29,299 nucleotides of DNA from an uncultured virus (IMG/VR IMGVR_UViG_3300029931_000005). Lineage: Duplodnaviria > Heunggongvirae > Uroviricota > Caudoviricetes. Shown here one piece after another: positions 26,824 through 29,299 of this stretch. Location: IMG/VR virus record IMGVR_UViG_3300029931_000005. The stretch is one strand, 5' to 3'. Position numbers and translations under genes: made by a program. A model generated the notes under the pieces. It did no database searches. It was given only the letters and a program-made list of their open reading frames with translations, and was not told the origin of the DNA. The stretch's first letter is position 1, and every line of letters starts with the position of its first letter.

Positions 26824-27096
26824 TTAACCTAAATCGTTAATGGCGCCGTGGTCGGTGCGACGGCCGCCCAGAATGCTGTCATCCAGGATGGCCCACACGG
26901 ACGGCTCTGGTTGATAAATTGGAACGCCTCCGGCGCTGATCTTCTCCATCAGCTGCCTAACCCCTTCCCTTGAGCGATACCCTGCTATTTCCATAACGCG
27001 CTCCACGGTAATACGTTTGTCTCGGCTGGTGAGCATGACAAAAACCACCTTGGCCGAGCGCCCCTGCGGGCTCATATCCTCGTAGATTAAGCTCAT
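26824..27096 (-). CDS. Winged helix-turn-helix DNA-binding protein
   Basis: ITVERVMEIAGYRSREGVRQLMEKISAGGVPIY, an HTH_11-like pattern. Confidence 0.55.
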   Translation of the reverse strand: MSLIYEDMSPQGRSAKVVFVMLTSRDKRITVERVMEIAGYRSREGVRQLMEKISAGGVPIYQPEPSVWAILDDSILGGRRTDHGAINDLG

Positions 27097-27129
27097 TGTT
27101 GTTGTGACTAGATACCGCTCGTCTGCCTC

Positions 27130-28878
27130 CTAAGTAAGTCCCAACTGGTCGGTCGTAACGACACGGCCGGTTCCGACTTCTAATTTTTTCTCAATCTCGG
27201 TAAAAATGTGCGGCGGAGCTGCGCACAGAACAAACCCATCACCATCGTCTGGCGAACGGCCGTATTCCTTCTTGAACTCGTCCTTATCCACCAGGCGCTT
27301 GATGGTCTTACCCGATCGGTTAACCCACTTCCACTTGCGGGCCGTCAGGTCAACCTCCAGTTCGTTAGGCGGGTCTACAACCTGGATACCCTTGATGGTC
27401 TCCCCGGCCTCGGCGTACATTTCCGTGACGATGAGATCGTAGGCATTGGGGTCATGAGCAGCAGAGCCGAAGTGAACTTCAATCACCTTGAACTCATCAA
27501 ACGCTTCCTCCAGCTCAATGTCCATTTTCAACAGGTCGATAGTGCCCCCACCAAAGCCGCCTGTGCCGTCCACGCGGATGTGCAGCTTTGTGACGCCCAG
27601 CCTGGCCAGGCGCAGGGCAGCTTTGCGCGTTTCCTGGTAGTAGACATTGTTGTCTAACTGGAAAAACTGAGCCTGCCGCCAGATGCGGCCCGCATGGCGA
27701 ATGTAGAGCGTGCCAAAGTCGCTGCCGCGCCGGGCGGCATCAATTCCCATGTAAGCCGTTGTCAGGTCGTGCTCGACCGGATTTACCTTACGTGCAACGG
27801 CCGATTCGTAGCGGCCAGATGGGATGAATGTATCATCACTGGTTTCCTTGGGGGCAATCCCCATGACACGGAAGAGGTATTCATTGTTTGGGCGATAAAT
27901 GACGCCCGGTTCCCACGGCAGCTCGAAAGTAAACCAGTCGGGGTTGTGCTCTGGTACAACGCGGCAGTGTTTTTCTACCATGGTCAGCACATAATCGCGG
28001 CGGACCGCGCCGGGCACAACCTCACGGCCGTGGAGCACGTTGGGGTGATGGTGGCAGCTCATGCGGAAATTAACCACATCCGACTGCCCGCGCTGCCGGT
28101 GAAACTTGCTGGTCCGGGTGCGCGGGTTGGCCGTCATGATCACGATGGCAATACCACCAGAGGCCATAGAGTCCACCGCGTCCCACACAAAGTCGGCGAC
28201 GCCCTCGGCTTCATCCAGGATGAACATCAGGTATTTTTCATGCTGCCCCTGGGCACGTTCGGTACCGGCGTTGTTGGCATTGTTGGTAGCCTTACCCTTG
28301 GCGAAGTGATTGGGCTTGTATTTCAGCTCTGGCTTTTCTAGGACGGTGCCGGGCAGGTCGATGTTGCGGCGACGGTCGGTGCGGATCTCCTTCCACAGCA
28401 GATCGTTGATCTGCTCGTAGGTTGGAGCGAAGGTGTACTCAATGCAGCCATCGGTCTCTTCTTCTGCAACGCAGTCGAAGAAGTGAGAAAACAGGCCAGA
28501 TAAAATCTTGGTCTTGCCCGTGGTGTGACCCGCCTCGATGCGCAGCCGATTTTGAACCGTCTGTCCCGGCTGCCAGTGCTGCAAATCGGCCGTAGCTACG
28601 TGGCCTTTCTCCCACTTGTCCTTTTCGTGCAGCTGCAGCAGAGCCAGGCGATACGCTTCAATAATCTGCACCTGTCCGGGATGTTCGGCCGTGCCGCTCC
28701 ACGGCGTCCAGCCCAGGCGCTCCACAATGTAGGTGTATGGGTCGTACTTGTAGCCAGACAGGGTGGGATAGGTGTACTGAACGGCCGTTTCCGTCTGGCG
28801 GCGGCGGCGCTCCTTGGCTGCAGCCAGGCGCACGTCGGCAAGGGTGGTAATCTGGCGGGTAGTGGTAGGCATCATCAT
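27130..28878 (-). CDS. terL: Terminase large subunit
   Basis: Walker A AGHTTGKT, Walker B FILDEAEG, TANP, nuclease motifs MGIDAAR.GSD and SPDDGDG. Confidence 0.93.
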   Translation of the reverse strand: MMMPTTTRQITTLADVRLAAAKERRRRQTETAVQYTYPTLSGYKYDPYTYIVERLGWTPWSGTAEHPGQVQIIEAYRLALLQLHEKDKWEKGHVATADLQHWQPGQTVQNRLRIEAGHTTGKTKILSGLFSHFFDCVAEEETDGCIEYTFAPTYEQINDLLWKEIRTDRRRNIDLPGTVLEKPELKYKPNHFAKGKATNNANNAGTERAQGQHEKYLMFILDEAEGVADFVWDAVDSMASGGIAIVIMTANPRTRTSKFHRQRGQSDVVNFRMSCHHHPNVLHGREVVPGAVRRDYVLTMVEKHCRVVPEHNPDWFTFELPWEPGVIYRPNNEYLFRVMGIAPKETSDDTFIPSGRYESAVARKVNPVEHDLTTAYMGIDAARRGSDFGTLYIRHAGRIWRQAQFFQLDNNVYYQETRKAALRLARLGVTKLHIRVDGTGGFGGGTIDLLKMDIELEEAFDEFKVIEVHFGSAAHDPNAYDLIVTEMYAEAGETIKGIQVVDPPNELEVDLTARKWKWVNRSGKTIKRLVDKDEFKKEYGRSPDDGDGFVLCAAPPHIFTEIEKKLEVGTGRVVTTDQLGLT

Positions 28879-29299
28879 TTCAACAATGCCTCAATCACAT
28901 CCTGGGGCGATCGAGCGTTTTGCAGCGCCTCAATCTGCACCAGGGTCAGGGCGGTCATGTCGATGTTATTCAAAATGAGGTTCATCAACTGGCCTTCTTT
29001 GGACGCCGTTTCCACGCCTGCCCGATCCAGGATGGCCGTAGCAGCCCGGTATTGGACGTTTGGGTCGGGGTTGGCCATCAGGGCCACTAACTTGCCGGCC
29101 GCCGTAGGCGCAGCCAGCTGCAGGCGCTCAGTGGCCAGTTGCAGCGACCTCACATATCTACTGTCCTGCCACTCCTTGGCCAGTGTGCTCAGCGCTCCCA
29201 GGCAATCGGCAAAAGCCGGGTCTAGCTTCCATTTCGTGTGATAGGTTTTGACGTTGCAGGTGTCAGGGCGGCCAAACACGGCCGTTTCCGACTCGCCAG
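28875..29299 (-). CDS. Terminase small subunit (5' end outside the window)
   Basis: Frame open to the right edge; TYHTKWKLDPAF...AATAILDRAG; ATGA overlap with terL. Confidence 0.7.
   Translation of the reverse strand, partial: GESETAVFGRPDTCNVKTYHTKWKLDPAFADCLGALSTLAKEWQDSRYVRSLQLATERLQLAAPTAAGKLVALMANPDPNVQYRAATAILDRAGVETASKEGQLMNLILNNIDMTALTLVQIEALQNARSPQDVIEALLK

Larger units (their letters stand above)
985..29285. repeat. Dispersed, highly iterated palindrome ACGGCCGT
   Basis: About 48 exact copies counted by eye, first at 985 and last at 29278, plus roughly 40 more CGGCCG cores. Confidence 0.95.
1..29299 (-). mobile_element. Tailed phage/prophage morphogenesis region with non-contractile tail; probable Chloroflexota host
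   Basis: Terminase, capsid, portal, tail tube and tape measure present, no sheath. No integrase or att site in the window. Confidence 0.93.

Noticed and set aside
1..29299. Diversity-generating retroelement, tRNA genes, integrase/att sites, introns or inteins
   Set aside because: I saw no reverse transcriptase, template/variable repeat pair, cloverleaf, recombinase or splicing motifs.

Overview
The window is the packaging and morphogenesis region of a tailed phage or prophage, with all credible genes on the minus strand. Reading right to left: small terminase (cut by the window edge), large terminase, a ~3 kb accessory cluster, a 932-aa protease-scaffold-major capsid polyprotein, head-completion genes, holin, neck, portal, a split head-morphogenesis gene, an MmcB-like nuclease, a siphovirus-type tail module (tail terminator, major tail protein, frameshifted chaperone, tape measure, evolved Dit, Tal, lectin, repeat fibre, BppU-like), and an HNH endonuclease that runs off the left edge and is missing from the ORF track. 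A Chloroflexota host is inferred from a secreted Pro/Thr-rich protein ending in VYLPLI. Main unexplained signals: (1) small genes between terL and the capsid gene built from diverged pieces of the phage's own TerS, prohead protease and scaffold; (2) four copies of a promoter-like element CCAAYARCCC-N16-TANNNT, two feeding leaderless genes; (3) about 48 copies of the palindrome ACGGCCGT, which visibly shapes protein sequence; (4) three tandem G-TAA-C hairpins; (5) two apparent +1 frame changes at TTT_C. All counts and alignments were done by eye and family assignments come from motif recognition, not database searches.
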